Source: an uncultured Clostridia bacterium
GTDB taxonomy: Bacteria > Bacillota > Clostridia > Christensenellales > Pumilibacteraceae
NCBI GenBank assembly: GCA_947086925.1
Contig: CAMUAL010000001.1
Coordinates: forward strand, 1 to 64,000
Reading direction: 5' to 3'
Length of the DNA: 64,000 nt
This document shows positions 18,243-26,967 of this stretch, one piece after another (the stretch's first letter is position 1; the number at the start of each line of letters is the position of its first letter). The position numbers and the translations under genes were made by a program. The notes beneath the pieces are model-generated. The model was not told the origin of the DNA. It searched no databases and worked only from the letters and a program-made list of their open reading frames with translations.

Positions 18243-21200
18243 ATGAAGAAAGCAACCAAAATCAAAATGATGCACGGACTCATGACGGTTGCGGTTACGT
18301 TGTTTGCGGTATTACTGTGCGCAACGTCGCTGGCAAACACACGCGCATCGTTTATCAACAATGCGCTCGGTACAACCAACTACACACTTAAAAAAGTTGG
18401 TACCGACGATAAAGTGGACGCTACGTACTTTAAGTCGCAGTACACTTCGCTTAAAGATATGATTGATGCGAAAAACGAAGTGGCGGTTGAAATATCGCGC
18501 GAGGGCAGTGTGCTTCTTAAAAACGAAAACAACGCGCTTCCGCTCGACAAGAGCACCGAAACCGTTACTATTTGGGGTTTGAACAGCCATAACCCCGTGT
18601 TGGGCGGCAATATAGGCTCTAACGTAGGCGTTAATGCCTCGGCGGGACAGAAGCTGTACGGCATAAAAGAAGCTCTTGCCGAAAGAAAATTCAACTTAAA
18701 TCAGCAATTTATAGATTTTTACGCATCTTCCGCTTTGGACGATTACAGATTGAAAGCGTCGATGTTCGGCAACGTGACGTACGGGCACGGACTTACGACC
18801 GCGTTTACGCCGTCTATGCCTATGGGCACGACTTATCCCGTGGGCGAAGCTCCCGCAAGCGCGTACGGTACGGATTTGCTTAATTCGGCGAAAAACACCG
18901 CGGCGGTTGTAGTGCTTACCCGCGACAGCTCTGAGGCGGCGGACTATTTGCCTACAATGACAAACTCCACCCCCGGCGACAGCAATGAGACAACCATTTT
19001 GGGACTTTCGAACAACGAAAAAGCAATGTTGGAGCTTGCAAAAGCCAACAGCACAAAGGTTATAGTGCTCATAAACGCCGACAACCAAATGGAAATAGAG
19101 GAGCTTAAAACCGACGACGAAATAGATTCGATACTGTGGGTCGGAGCCCCCGGCGTAAACGGATTTTTGGGCGTAGCCGATATTCTTTCGGGCGACGCGG
19201 TTCCGTCGGGTCATTTAACCGACACCTATGCGGTAAGCAGTCTTTCTTCTCCCGCAATGAAGAATTTCGGTTCCAAAAACTTCGATTTGACGGGTGTCGA
19301 AATTACGAGTAACGACCGCGCAAATTGGTTCGTAGTTGAAAACGAGGGAATTTACGTAGGCTATAAATACTACGAAACCCGTTACGAAGACCAAATCATG
19401 AACGCGGGCAACGCGACTTCCACTGTGGGAAGTTCGACTTCCGAGGCGTGGGATTATGCAAAAGAAGTATCGTATCCCTTCGGTTACGGACTCAGTTACA
19501 CCACGTTTAAGCAAGAACTCAAATCGGTTGAATTAACCGTGGGCGGAACGGGCAAAGCCGTTGTGGAAGTTACCAATACGGGCGACTACGACGGAAAATC
19601 GGTTGTTCAGCTTTACGTTCAGACCCCTTACACCTCGGGCGGTCTTGAAAAATCGGCGGTTCAGCTTTTGGCTTTCGGCAAAACGGACGTTCTTGACAAA
19701 AACGGCGGACATGAAACCGTGACAATCGAGTTCGACCCCGTATACATGGCTTCATACGACGAAAAAGCCGTTAAACGCAACGGCAAAGCGGGCGCATGGG
19801 TTTTGGAAGAAGGCAACTATTACTTTGCGATAGGTAACGGCGCGCACCACGCCCTTAACAATATCATCGCCCTTAAAGACAGCGGTAAAACTTCTTCGCT
19901 TATAAGAATCAACAACGAAGAAGTAAATGCAAGCAACGCAAAAATGTGGCATCTCGGCAGTACCGATATGGAAACGTATTCGGAAAACGTGGAAAACGCA
20001 TTGCAGGATATGGACGTAAATACCCGTATTCCCGATACCGTGGAATACGTAACCCGTAGCGATTGGACTAAGGGTTGGGAAACCATAACCGCTATTACTC
20101 CCACTGCCGAAATGGTTACCGAACTTAAAAACGCCAAATTCCAACTTACCGAAAACGGCAAAGCCGGCGACGTAATTTGGGGCGCGAACAACGGACTCAA
20201 TGCGGCTAACTTCATACTTCTCGACGACGAAGGCAAATACGCGGGCGTAGTCGATTTCAGCGACCCTCAGTGGGATAAACTCGTTCAGCAAATAGATTTC
20301 GACGAAGCGGTTGCGTTTATCGAGCAAGGCGGCGATAAAAACTTAGAGCCTCTGCTTAGCATCAACCTCGGCGAATCCATTTGGTACGACGGACCCATAG
20401 GCGTAGCCCCCGATCAGCTTTTGGATTACACCGTTCGTTGGGACAGCAGCAACGAAGTACACGTAACCGAACCCACCTACGTTAAAGCGGACGACGAGCG
20501 TGCTACGTGGAAAGCGGGCGGCATGCCCACCGAGCCGATTGTGGCTTCTACCTTTAACTACGAGCTTGTTTACTTACAGGGCGTAATGTTCGGCGAAGAA
20601 TCTCTTTGGATAAACAACAACGCGCTTTGCGGACCCGGACTCAATTTGCACCGCACTCCGTACAACGCGCGTAACCACGAGTATTACAGCGAGGACTCGG
20701 TGCTCACTTCGCTCATGGGCGAAGCGGTGTGCAAAGGCGCGCTTACAAAAGGCTTGCAGATGATGCCCAAGCACCTTGCCTTTAACCATCAGGAAGACAA
20801 ACGTGCGGCAATAGCCACGTTTATGAACGAGCAGTCGGCGCGCGAGAACGAACTCCGCGGTTTCTACGGCTGTATGGCAAATAACTACGCGCTCGGCTGC
20901 ATGACGGCGTTCAACCGCGCCGGAACGCTGTTCTCGGGCGCTCACCCCGGATTGCAGGAACAGATAATCCGCAACGAATGGGGATTCACCGGTTGGCTTA
21001 TTACCGACATGATTAACGGCGGCGATTATATGAATTGGCGCGACATAGTGTTCGGCGGCGGCGGAACGTGTTGTACGTCTAATGCGTATGCCAACACCGC
21101 GATAGGGTCGATGACTTCGGACGCAAACAAAGAGCTTATCAAAAAAGACTATGCATTCCAAGAAAAGATGCAAACCGCGCTTAAATATTTCGTGTACAAC

Positions 21201-21371
21201 GAAATCCGCAGTAATACCATGAACGGCGTAACCGCTAACATGAGATTCGTTTACGTTCGCACGTGGTGGCAGAATACGCTTATTGCAGCCGACGTAATCG
21301 TAGGCGTGGCAATGGCGGCGGCTATAACGGGCTATGTGCTTATGTTTGTACTCAAAAAGAAAGAAGCGTAA
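18243..21371 (+). CDS. glycoside hydrolase family 3 enzyme, circularly permuted domain order, signal peptide + C-terminal TM anchor
   Basis: RBS aggagg; N-terminal signal peptide; GH3 C-terminal-type domain motif (ILWVGAPGVNGFLGVADILSGDAVPSGHLTDTY) and Fn3-like (VVEVTNTGDYDGKSVVQLYV) precede GH3 catalytic motifs near the C-terminus (KHLAFNHQE; GFTGWLITDM with nucleophile Asp); terminal hydrophobic helix + KKKEA. Confidence 0.75.
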   Translation: MKKATKIKMMHGLMTVAVTLFAVLLCATSLANTRASFINNALGTTNYTLKKVGTDDKVDATYFKSQYTSLKDMIDAKNEVAVEISREGSVLLKNENNALPLDKSTETVTIWGLNSHNPVLGGNIGSNVGVNASAGQKLYGIKEALAERKFNLNQQFIDFYASSALDDYRLKASMFGNVTYGHGLTTAFTPSMPMGTTYPVGEAPASAYGTDLLNSAKNTAAVVVLTRDSSEAADYLPTMTNSTPGDSNETTILGLSNNEKAMLELAKANSTKVIVLINADNQMEIEELKTDDEIDSILWVGAPGVNGFLGVADILSGDAVPSGHLTDTYAVSSLSSPAMKNFGSKNFDLTGVEITSNDRANWFVVENEGIYVGYKYYETRYEDQIMNAGNATSTVGSSTSEAWDYAKEVSYPFGYGLSYTTFKQELKSVELTVGGTGKAVVEVTNTGDYDGKSVVQLYVQTPYTSGGLEKSAVQLLAFGKTDVLDKNGGHETVTIEFDPVYMASYDEKAVKRNGKAGAWVLEEGNYYFAIGNGAHHALNNIIALKDSGKTSSLIRINNEEVNASNAKMWHLGSTDMETYSENVENALQDMDVNTRIPDTVEYVTRSDWTKGWETITAITPTAEMVTELKNAKFQLTENGKAGDVIWGANNGLNAANFILLDDEGKYAGVVDFSDPQWDKLVQQIDFDEAVAFIEQGGDKNLEPLLSINLGESIWYDGPIGVAPDQLLDYTVRWDSSNEVHVTEPTYVKADDERATWKAGGMPTEPIVASTFNYELVYLQGVMFGEESLWINNNALCGPGLNLHRTPYNARNHEYYSEDSVLTSLMGEAVCKGALTKGLQMMPKHLAFNHQEDKRAAIATFMNEQSARENELRGFYGCMANNYALGCMTAFNRAGTLFSGAHPGLQEQIIRNEWGFTGWLITDMINGGDYMNWRDIVFGGGGTCCTSNAYANTAIGSMTSDANKELIKKDYAFQEKMQTALKYFVYNEIRSNTMNGVTANMRFVYVRTWWQNTLIAADVIVGVAMAAAITGYVLMFVLKKKEA

Positions 21372-21390
21372 AAGGGGAGGTAAATAGAAA

Positions 21391-21795
21391 ATGAAATTCA
21401 GTATAAAAGACAAGGGAATAGGAATTTACCTCGGCGCCGCGGCATTTATACTCTCGCTTGTAACCGTTATACTTTACGCCACGGCGTACAACAGCGTGTC
21501 GTCGTCGCTCGCACTTTTGATAGTGGGCATGATAGTGCTTATAGGCACGGTGGTTGCGGTATTCTTTATAAAAACTCATTGGCTCAATCTCGGATTTTTG
21601 GTTGCGGCTATGCTGTTCGGAATCGCGCTTGTAACGGGACTTAACGTACAGCTTGACGGTATAGGCTACGTTATCGCGGGACTTAACCCGTATTCCACAA
21701 TATCGACTTACGTTTCGTCGGCGATAATAGGAATAATAACGCTTATTGTAACGGTAGTCGCATCCTTCTTCGGGGTAAACAAATCCGAAGAATAA
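21391..21795 (+). CDS. small hypothetical membrane protein (4 TM)
   Basis: 134 aa, RBS ggggagg, four hydrophobic segments; no family recognised. Confidence 0.55.
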   Translation: MKFSIKDKGIGIYLGAAAFILSLVTVILYATAYNSVSSSLALLIVGMIVLIGTVVAVFFIKTHWLNLGFLVAAMLFGIALVTGLNVQLDGIGYVIAGLNPYSTISTYVSSAIIGIITLIVTVVASFFGVNKSEE

Positions 21796-21812
21796 AACTT
21801 AATACGCGGCAA

Positions 21813-21846
21813 AACAGCCGCCCCGTATGTGGGCGGCTGTTTTTAC
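21813..21846 (+). terminator. rho-independent terminator (cagccgccc/gggcggctg + T-run)
   Basis: 9-bp GC-rich stem with 7-nt loop followed by tttt(acg)tttttt. Confidence 0.8.
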
Positions 21847-21864
21847 GTTTTTTGAAAATGGGTA

Positions 21865-21893
21865 TTGATTTTTTCTGATTTCTGTGTTATAAT
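21865..21893 (+). promoter_or_regulatory. promoter TTGATT-17-TATAAT for the two-component operon
   Basis: -35 21865-21870, -10 21888-21893. Confidence 0.5.
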
Positions 21894-21991
21894 ATCTAAC
21901 ATAATACAAAACCGATAAAAAATAATCAAAAGAATCGAAAGACAATACCTTTTTCCCAATTACCCTAAATTTATTACTATGAGGTTGACTG

Positions 21992-22717
21992 ATGATTAAA
22001 ATTGCGGTGGTAGATGATAAGCAGTCCTATGTAACTCTTATAAGCGAGTACATAGAACAGTTTTCGCGTGACAACGGAATTACCTGCGAAGTAAAAGGTT
22101 TTGCGGGGGGGGGCACGCTTGTAAATAATTACCGTTGCGATTACGACGCGGTTTTTCTCGACATAGAAATGCCCGGTATCGACGGCATGAGTCTTGCGCA
22201 AAATCTGCGCGAGAAAGACAGCGAGCTTATAATAGTTTTTATAACTCATCTCATGAAAATGGCGGTAAAGGGCTACGAGGTAAACGCATTTTCGTTTTTG
22301 TTAAAACCTGTAAGCTACGCCGACTTTGCGGCGGTTATGAAAAAGATTCACGAGCGCGTGCGCGCGAAATCCGAGCTTAAAAGCAAAAGCATTTTCGTAA
22401 ACGTGAAAACGGGCGTGAAAAAGCTGATAATAGACGATATTTATTATCTCGAAAGCCGCGGGCATTACGTAAACTTTCATACCGCAGACGGCACGTATCA
22501 AACTCTCGGAAAGCTCTGCGACTATGTGTCGGCTTTGGAGCCGCTCGATTTTTGTTCGTCGAGCAAGTCGTTTCTTGTGAATTTAAGGTACGTAAACGAA
22601 ATCCGCGCCACCGAAGTTCTTGTTGCAAACGGAGTTGCAACGCTTACGCGTTCGCACAAACACGAATTTAAAGATAAGTTCACAACGTACATAAATTCTT
22701 CTCGCGCACGGGTGTGA
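21992..22717 (+). CDS. LytTR-family response regulator (REC + LytTR DNA-binding domain)
   Basis: REC domain with phospho-acceptor region (AVFLDIEMPGIDG), C-terminal LytTR domain (ESRGHYVNFHTADGTYQ...); RBS gagg. Confidence 0.85.
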   Translation: MIKIAVVDDKQSYVTLISEYIEQFSRDNGITCEVKGFAGGGTLVNNYRCDYDAVFLDIEMPGIDGMSLAQNLREKDSELIIVFITHLMKMAVKGYEVNAFSFLLKPVSYADFAAVMKKIHERVRAKSELKSKSIFVNVKTGVKKLIIDDIYYLESRGHYVNFHTADGTYQTLGKLCDYVSALEPLDFCSSSKSFLVNLRYVNEIRATEVLVANGVATLTRSHKHEFKDKFTTYINSSRARV

Positions 22718-22720
22718 CTT

Positions 22721-23992
22721 ATGGCGGAAATATTTCTCGTTTACAACTATATCGCCGTAATAGTTTTCACCGTGCAGTTGTTTGTTGCGCAGTTGCAGTT
22801 CTGCGTGTTTTTGAGAAGACGAAAAAGGTTTTTGCTTCGTATACTGCTCGGTTTTGCCGTGCTTGTTCTGCTTGCGTGTCCCATAGGGGCGGTAGCTAAT
22901 ATTTTCGATAATTCGTTCGGCATGCGCTCGCTTGCCATTTTCGTGCTTTCGGTCGCGCTGTTCGTATTCTGTTTTAAAACGGATTTCATCGATGTACTGT
23001 TCCGCTGTTCGTGCGGCGTATTTTTGCAAAATTTCGCGGCAAGCATGCAAGATGTTTTGTCGGATATTTCGGGCGAAACAGGTTACAATCCGCTGTCGGT
23101 CTGGATGTTTATAAGCTTTATTTGCTGTTACGTTTTGTGTTGGTTCTTATGCGCGCGCAGACTTAAAGGCAAACACGGCGTGGGAGTGGATAAAATTTTT
23201 ACGCTTGTAATGACTTTGCTCGGCTACGTTATTTGCGACGTTGTGTTTACTCAGTCCACTCGAATGCCCGATATGACTCACAGGATACTGTGGCAGATTA
23301 CTCTCGCGTTTTGCGATTTGTTCTCGCTTATGCTTTTGTTTTCGGTGCTCAACCGCAAGGTGATAGAGGAGGAAAAAATAATTCTCGAACAGCTCGTGCG
23401 CGAAAATGCGCGTAAGTACGAGTTGGAACAAAGCACCGCCGACATAATAAACATGAAGTGTCACGACATCAAATATCATTTGGATATGCTCAAATTAAAG
23501 GACGGCGAACAAAATTCCGTGGACGAAATCAAGCGCGCCGTTTCCATTTACGACAATATAGCAAAAACGGGGAACGTAGCTCTCGATTTGATTTTATCCG
23601 AGCGTTCGCTTCACTGCGAGCAGTACGGAATAAGGTTTCTGTACATGGCGGACGGGCAATGTCTGAACAGATTTGCGCTTACCGACGTTGCGGGCATATT
23701 CGGGAACTTACTCGATAACGCAATCGAGTATCTTAAATCGGCGCCCGACGACACCGACCGCGTGCTTAATTTGCAAGTTTCCGAAAAACCGCAGGGAGTC
23801 TGCATACACGTGGAAAATCCGTGCCGTGCCGATTTGAATTTCGTAAACGGTTTGCCCAAAAGCACGAAGGGCGATGACAATTACCACGGATTCGGCATTA
23901 AAAGCGTTCGCTACACCGTACAGAAGTACGGCGGCAATCTTGTGGTGAACCGTTCGGACAACATGTTTACCGTGGATATTTTCATACCGTAG
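22721..23992 (+). CDS. AgrC/ComD-like (HPK10) membrane sensor histidine kinase, GHKL ATPase
   Basis: 6 predicted TM helices, H-box region (MKCHDIKYHL), C-terminal HATPase_c (GNLLDNAIEY..., GFGIKSV); start 4 nt after RR stop. Confidence 0.8.
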   Translation: MAEIFLVYNYIAVIVFTVQLFVAQLQFCVFLRRRKRFLLRILLGFAVLVLLACPIGAVANIFDNSFGMRSLAIFVLSVALFVFCFKTDFIDVLFRCSCGVFLQNFAASMQDVLSDISGETGYNPLSVWMFISFICCYVLCWFLCARRLKGKHGVGVDKIFTLVMTLLGYVICDVVFTQSTRMPDMTHRILWQITLAFCDLFSLMLLFSVLNRKVIEEEKIILEQLVRENARKYELEQSTADIINMKCHDIKYHLDMLKLKDGEQNSVDEIKRAVSIYDNIAKTGNVALDLILSERSLHCEQYGIRFLYMADGQCLNRFALTDVAGIFGNLLDNAIEYLKSAPDDTDRVLNLQVSEKPQGVCIHVENPCRADLNFVNGLPKSTKGDDNYHGFGIKSVRYTVQKYGGNLVVNRSDNMFTVDIFIP

Positions 23993-24009
23993 AAAAAATA
24001 TAAAGAATA

Positions 24010-24038
24010 TTGACAACTTTTATAAGCGGGTGTATAAT
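24010..24038 (+). promoter_or_regulatory. consensus promoter TTGACA-17-TATAAT for nfeD-flotillin operon
   Basis: TTGACA 24010-24015, TATAAT 24033-24038, followed by AT-rich 160-nt leader. Confidence 0.6.
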
Positions 24039-24198
24039 TAAATTGTATATGCCGCTTTAAACGCGCCCGCGCTTTCGGCTCATCCGATTTAATCTTAATT
24101 TAATATTACTTTAATAGATATAATAAAATATTTATGGTACAATTATATCGTATTTAAAATAAATACTTTAAATAGGGTATATTATAAGGAGAACAAAA

Positions 24199-24837
24199 AT
24201 GGCATGGTGGAACGAACTGCATATTTTGCAGCAGATACTGTTTGTAATCGGTTGCGCGTCTACGCTGTTTATGATAATTCAGATAATCCTTTTGGCGATA
24301 GGCAGCGGCGATAACGACGCGTCGTTTGACGGCGATACGAGCGTAGACGACGTTGATACGATTAACGACGGAGGTTCGGGGTTTACTATTTTCGGGCTTA
24401 AAATACTTAGCGTGCGCAGTGCCATTGCGTTTTTGGCAGTGGGCAGTTGGCTCACGTTTGCTCTGTTTTACTCAATCGAATTTTGGGCTCTCATTCCCGG
24501 TATTGCGGCAGGCATTGCGGCGGCGTTTCTGATTGCTTTGTTTTTCAAAGCGACCGAAAAACTGCAAAACAGCGGCAATCTTAAAATAGAAAACACCGTG
24601 GGAAAATCCGCCGAGGTTTATCTTACTATTCCCGCACTCAGAAAGGGTAACGGCAAGGTGAACGTATACGTTCAGGAACGCTACGTCGAACTCGAAGCCG
24701 TTACCGACAGTCCCGAACCAATTAAAACGGGCGACCGCGTTAAGATTATAGGAACCGAAAGCGAAGGTACTCTTTTGGTAGAACCGTACGGCGCGGAAAT
24801 CAAGCAGGAAACCGCACGGCAGGAAAAAGCCGAGTAA
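24199..24837 (+). CDS. NfeD-family membrane protein (OB-fold C-terminus)
   Basis: 212 aa, N-terminal TM helices, C-terminal beta-rich NfeD-like domain; immediately upstream of SPFH gene (canonical pairing). Confidence 0.7.
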   Translation: MAWWNELHILQQILFVIGCASTLFMIIQIILLAIGSGDNDASFDGDTSVDDVDTINDGGSGFTIFGLKILSVRSAIAFLAVGSWLTFALFYSIEFWALIPGIAAGIAAAFLIALFFKATEKLQNSGNLKIENTVGKSAEVYLTIPALRKGNGKVNVYVQERYVELEAVTDSPEPIKTGDRVKIIGTESEGTLLVEPYGAEIKQETARQEKAE

Positions 24838-24875
24838 TTAAAGAAAATAAAAACAAAAGGAGATAAAAACAAAAA

Positions 24876-26312
24876 ATGATTATCGGTGCATCGACAGGTC
24901 AGATAGTCGGAATAATCGGACTTATAGTGGCAATAGTTGTAATACTTATATCGTTGTTTGCTTTAATAGCAAGCCGTTATAAAAAGTGCCCTTCCGATAA
25001 AATAATGGTTATTTACGGTAGCGTAGGCAGTAACAAAGACGGTACGAGCAGAGCCGCCAAATGTATTCACGGCGGCGCGAGTTTTGTAATGCCGTTCTTT
25101 CAGGCATACAGCTTTTTGGATTTGACGCCCATATCCATAAGCGTAGACCTTAAAAACGCGCTGAGCCGTCAGAACATACGTATCGACGTTCCGAGCGTAT
25201 TCACGGTAGGCATATCAACCGAGCCGGGAGTTATGCAGAACGCCGCCGAACGACTTCTCGGATTAAAGCTCAACGACATACAGGATTTGGCAAAAGATAT
25301 TATACTCGGTCAGTTGCGTCTTGTTATCGCTCTTATGGATATAGAAGAAATCAACACCGACCGCGATAAGTTCTTAGAGGCGGTATCGCGTAACGTAGAG
25401 GGCGAACTCAAAAAGATAGGCTTGCGTCTTATAAACGTAAACGTAACCGACATAAACGACGAATCGGGCTACATCGAGGCTCTCGGTAAAGAGGCGGCGG
25501 CAAAGGCAATAAACGATGCAAAACGCAGTGTTGCCGAGAAGAACCGCGACGGTAGCATAGGCGAGGCAAACGCCGTGCGCGACGAGAGAATAGAAGTTGC
25601 GTCGGCAAACTCCACCGCAGTAGAGGGCGAAAACGAATCGCAGGCAAAGATAAGCCAAAGTAACGCACGTCGCCGTCAGATAGAGGCGGAAGCCGAACGC
25701 GTGGCGTCGGTAGCCGAAATGATTGCCGAAGCAAACGCGAAACGCGAAGCGTACAAAGCCGAGCAAGAGGCCGAAATCGCACGTGCCGAGCGTGAAAAGA
25801 GCACTTTGGAAGCTGACGTAATAGTTAAGCAGGAAATCGAAAAACGCAAGCTCGAACTTCAAGCCGAAGCCGAGGCGGAAATGGTACGCCGTAAGGCAAA
25901 AGGCGAGGCGGACGCTATTAAAGCAATGAAAGAGGCGGAAGCGCAAGGTATGTTCGAAGTGCTTTCTAAGCAGGCGCTCGGCTTTGAAAAGCTTGTTAAA
26001 GCCGCGGGCGGCACTGCCGACGATGCGGTTAAAATGCTTATATCCGATAAACTCGAACAGCTTGTCGCAACTCAGGTCGAGGCGGTTAAGGGAATCAATA
26101 TCGACAAAGTTACCGTTTGGGATTCCATGGGCGGTAAAGACGGCGAATCAACTACCGCAAACTTTATTTCGAGCATGCTCAAAGCCGTTCCTCCGCTTAA
26201 CGAAGTGTTTAAAATGTCGGGTATGAAACTTCCCGAATACTTAGGTAAGGTAGAGGACGGCGTGCCGCAGATTGCCGAGAAATCAACCGCAAAATCCGCC
26301 AAAAAGCAATAA
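24876..26312 (+). CDS. flotillin-like SPFH/band-7 protein
   Basis: N-terminal TM anchor, SPFH domain, long EA-rich coiled-coil (EAEAER..., KAEQEAEIARAE...), flotillin C-terminal region. Confidence 0.85.
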   Translation: MIIGASTGQIVGIIGLIVAIVVILISLFALIASRYKKCPSDKIMVIYGSVGSNKDGTSRAAKCIHGGASFVMPFFQAYSFLDLTPISISVDLKNALSRQNIRIDVPSVFTVGISTEPGVMQNAAERLLGLKLNDIQDLAKDIILGQLRLVIALMDIEEINTDRDKFLEAVSRNVEGELKKIGLRLINVNVTDINDESGYIEALGKEAAAKAINDAKRSVAEKNRDGSIGEANAVRDERIEVASANSTAVEGENESQAKISQSNARRRQIEAEAERVASVAEMIAEANAKREAYKAEQEAEIARAEREKSTLEADVIVKQEIEKRKLELQAEAEAEMVRRKAKGEADAIKAMKEAEAQGMFEVLSKQALGFEKLVKAAGGTADDAVKMLISDKLEQLVATQVEAVKGINIDKVTVWDSMGGKDGESTTANFISSMLKAVPPLNEVFKMSGMKLPEYLGKVEDGVPQIAEKSTAKSAKKQ

Positions 26313-26349
26313 TTGAAACAAGCTTGCTATAAATAAGTTAATTTTATAC

Positions 26350-26378
26350 TTGACAAATGTGATAAAACGGTGTACAAT
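26350..26378 (+). promoter_or_regulatory. promoter TTGACA-17-TACAAT
   Basis: TTGACA 26350-26355; TACAAT 26373-26378. Confidence 0.5.
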
Positions 26379-26467
26379 TTTCTATAAGGAAACGAGCAAG
26401 TCAATTTCGCAGACCCCTTATTAAATTGCCTTATGACTTTCCAATCTAATAGGAGGTTATAGCGAGG

Positions 26468-26638
26468 ATGGCAGATAAAATCTTGACTTGCAAGGATTGC
26501 GGCAAAGAATTTACATTCACCGAGGGCGAGCAAGCATTCTATGCAGAAAAAGGCTTTACTAATGAGCCTGCGCGTTGTCCCGAATGTCGCAAAGCACGTA
26601 AAGCGGCTCGTAAGAATAACGAGCAGCACAATGCATAG
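26468..26638 (+). CDS. small zinc-ribbon protein (zf-trcl-like, CxxC...CxxC), 56 aa, not in ORF track
   Basis: AGGAGG 11 nt upstream; MADKILTCKDCGKEFTFTEGEQAFYAEKGFTNEPARCPECRKARKAARKNNEQHNA; two CxxC pairs; own promoter and terminator. Confidence 0.75.
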   Translation: MADKILTCKDCGKEFTFTEGEQAFYAEKGFTNEPARCPECRKARKAARKNNEQHNA

Positions 26639-26706
26639 TTAGCCAAAACTCCGCTCCCTGCTAAGACAAAGTATCAAAGGGGGACCGAGTACAAACTTCA
26701 AACCCA

Positions 26707-26740
26707 AAAGACGGTTCGATAATATCGAATCGTCTTTTTG
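26707..26740 (+). terminator. rho-independent terminator
   Basis: Stem agacggttcgat/atcgaatcgtct followed by ttttt. Confidence 0.75.
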
Positions 26741-26800
26741 CTTACGGTTGTATTTAGTTCGTTGCACGTAAATGTGTTTATATTTAAAACACAAAAAGGA

Positions 26801-26829
26801 TTGATTTTTGTGTCCCGTTATGGTAGAAT
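26801..26829 (+). promoter_or_regulatory. extended -10 promoter TTGATT-17-TGgTAGAAT for aspartate aminotransferase gene
   Basis: -35 26801-26806, TG-extended -10 26821-26829; ~135-nt leader containing hairpin gccgc-tttaacataatc-gcggc + ttgatattaaaaaa. Confidence 0.5.
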
Positions 26830-26967
26830 ATAAAAAACTATACTTTTTTACGGTTTGAAGTCAAGGCAAAATCCGTTTAAACAGTTTAGGGTTTTACATC
26901 AACGGAAAAGCCGCTTTAACATAATCGCGGCTTGATATTAAAAAACGGAGGCAATTCGATTACTTAT

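Noticed and set aside
21800-24200. Search for agrB/agrD-like genes or a small secreted-peptide ORF flanking the LytTR/HPK10 pair
   Set aside because: Only trivial ORFs of 7 aa or fewer are present in the flanking intergenic regions. Nothing resembles AgrD or AgrB, so the pair is reported as an orphan.
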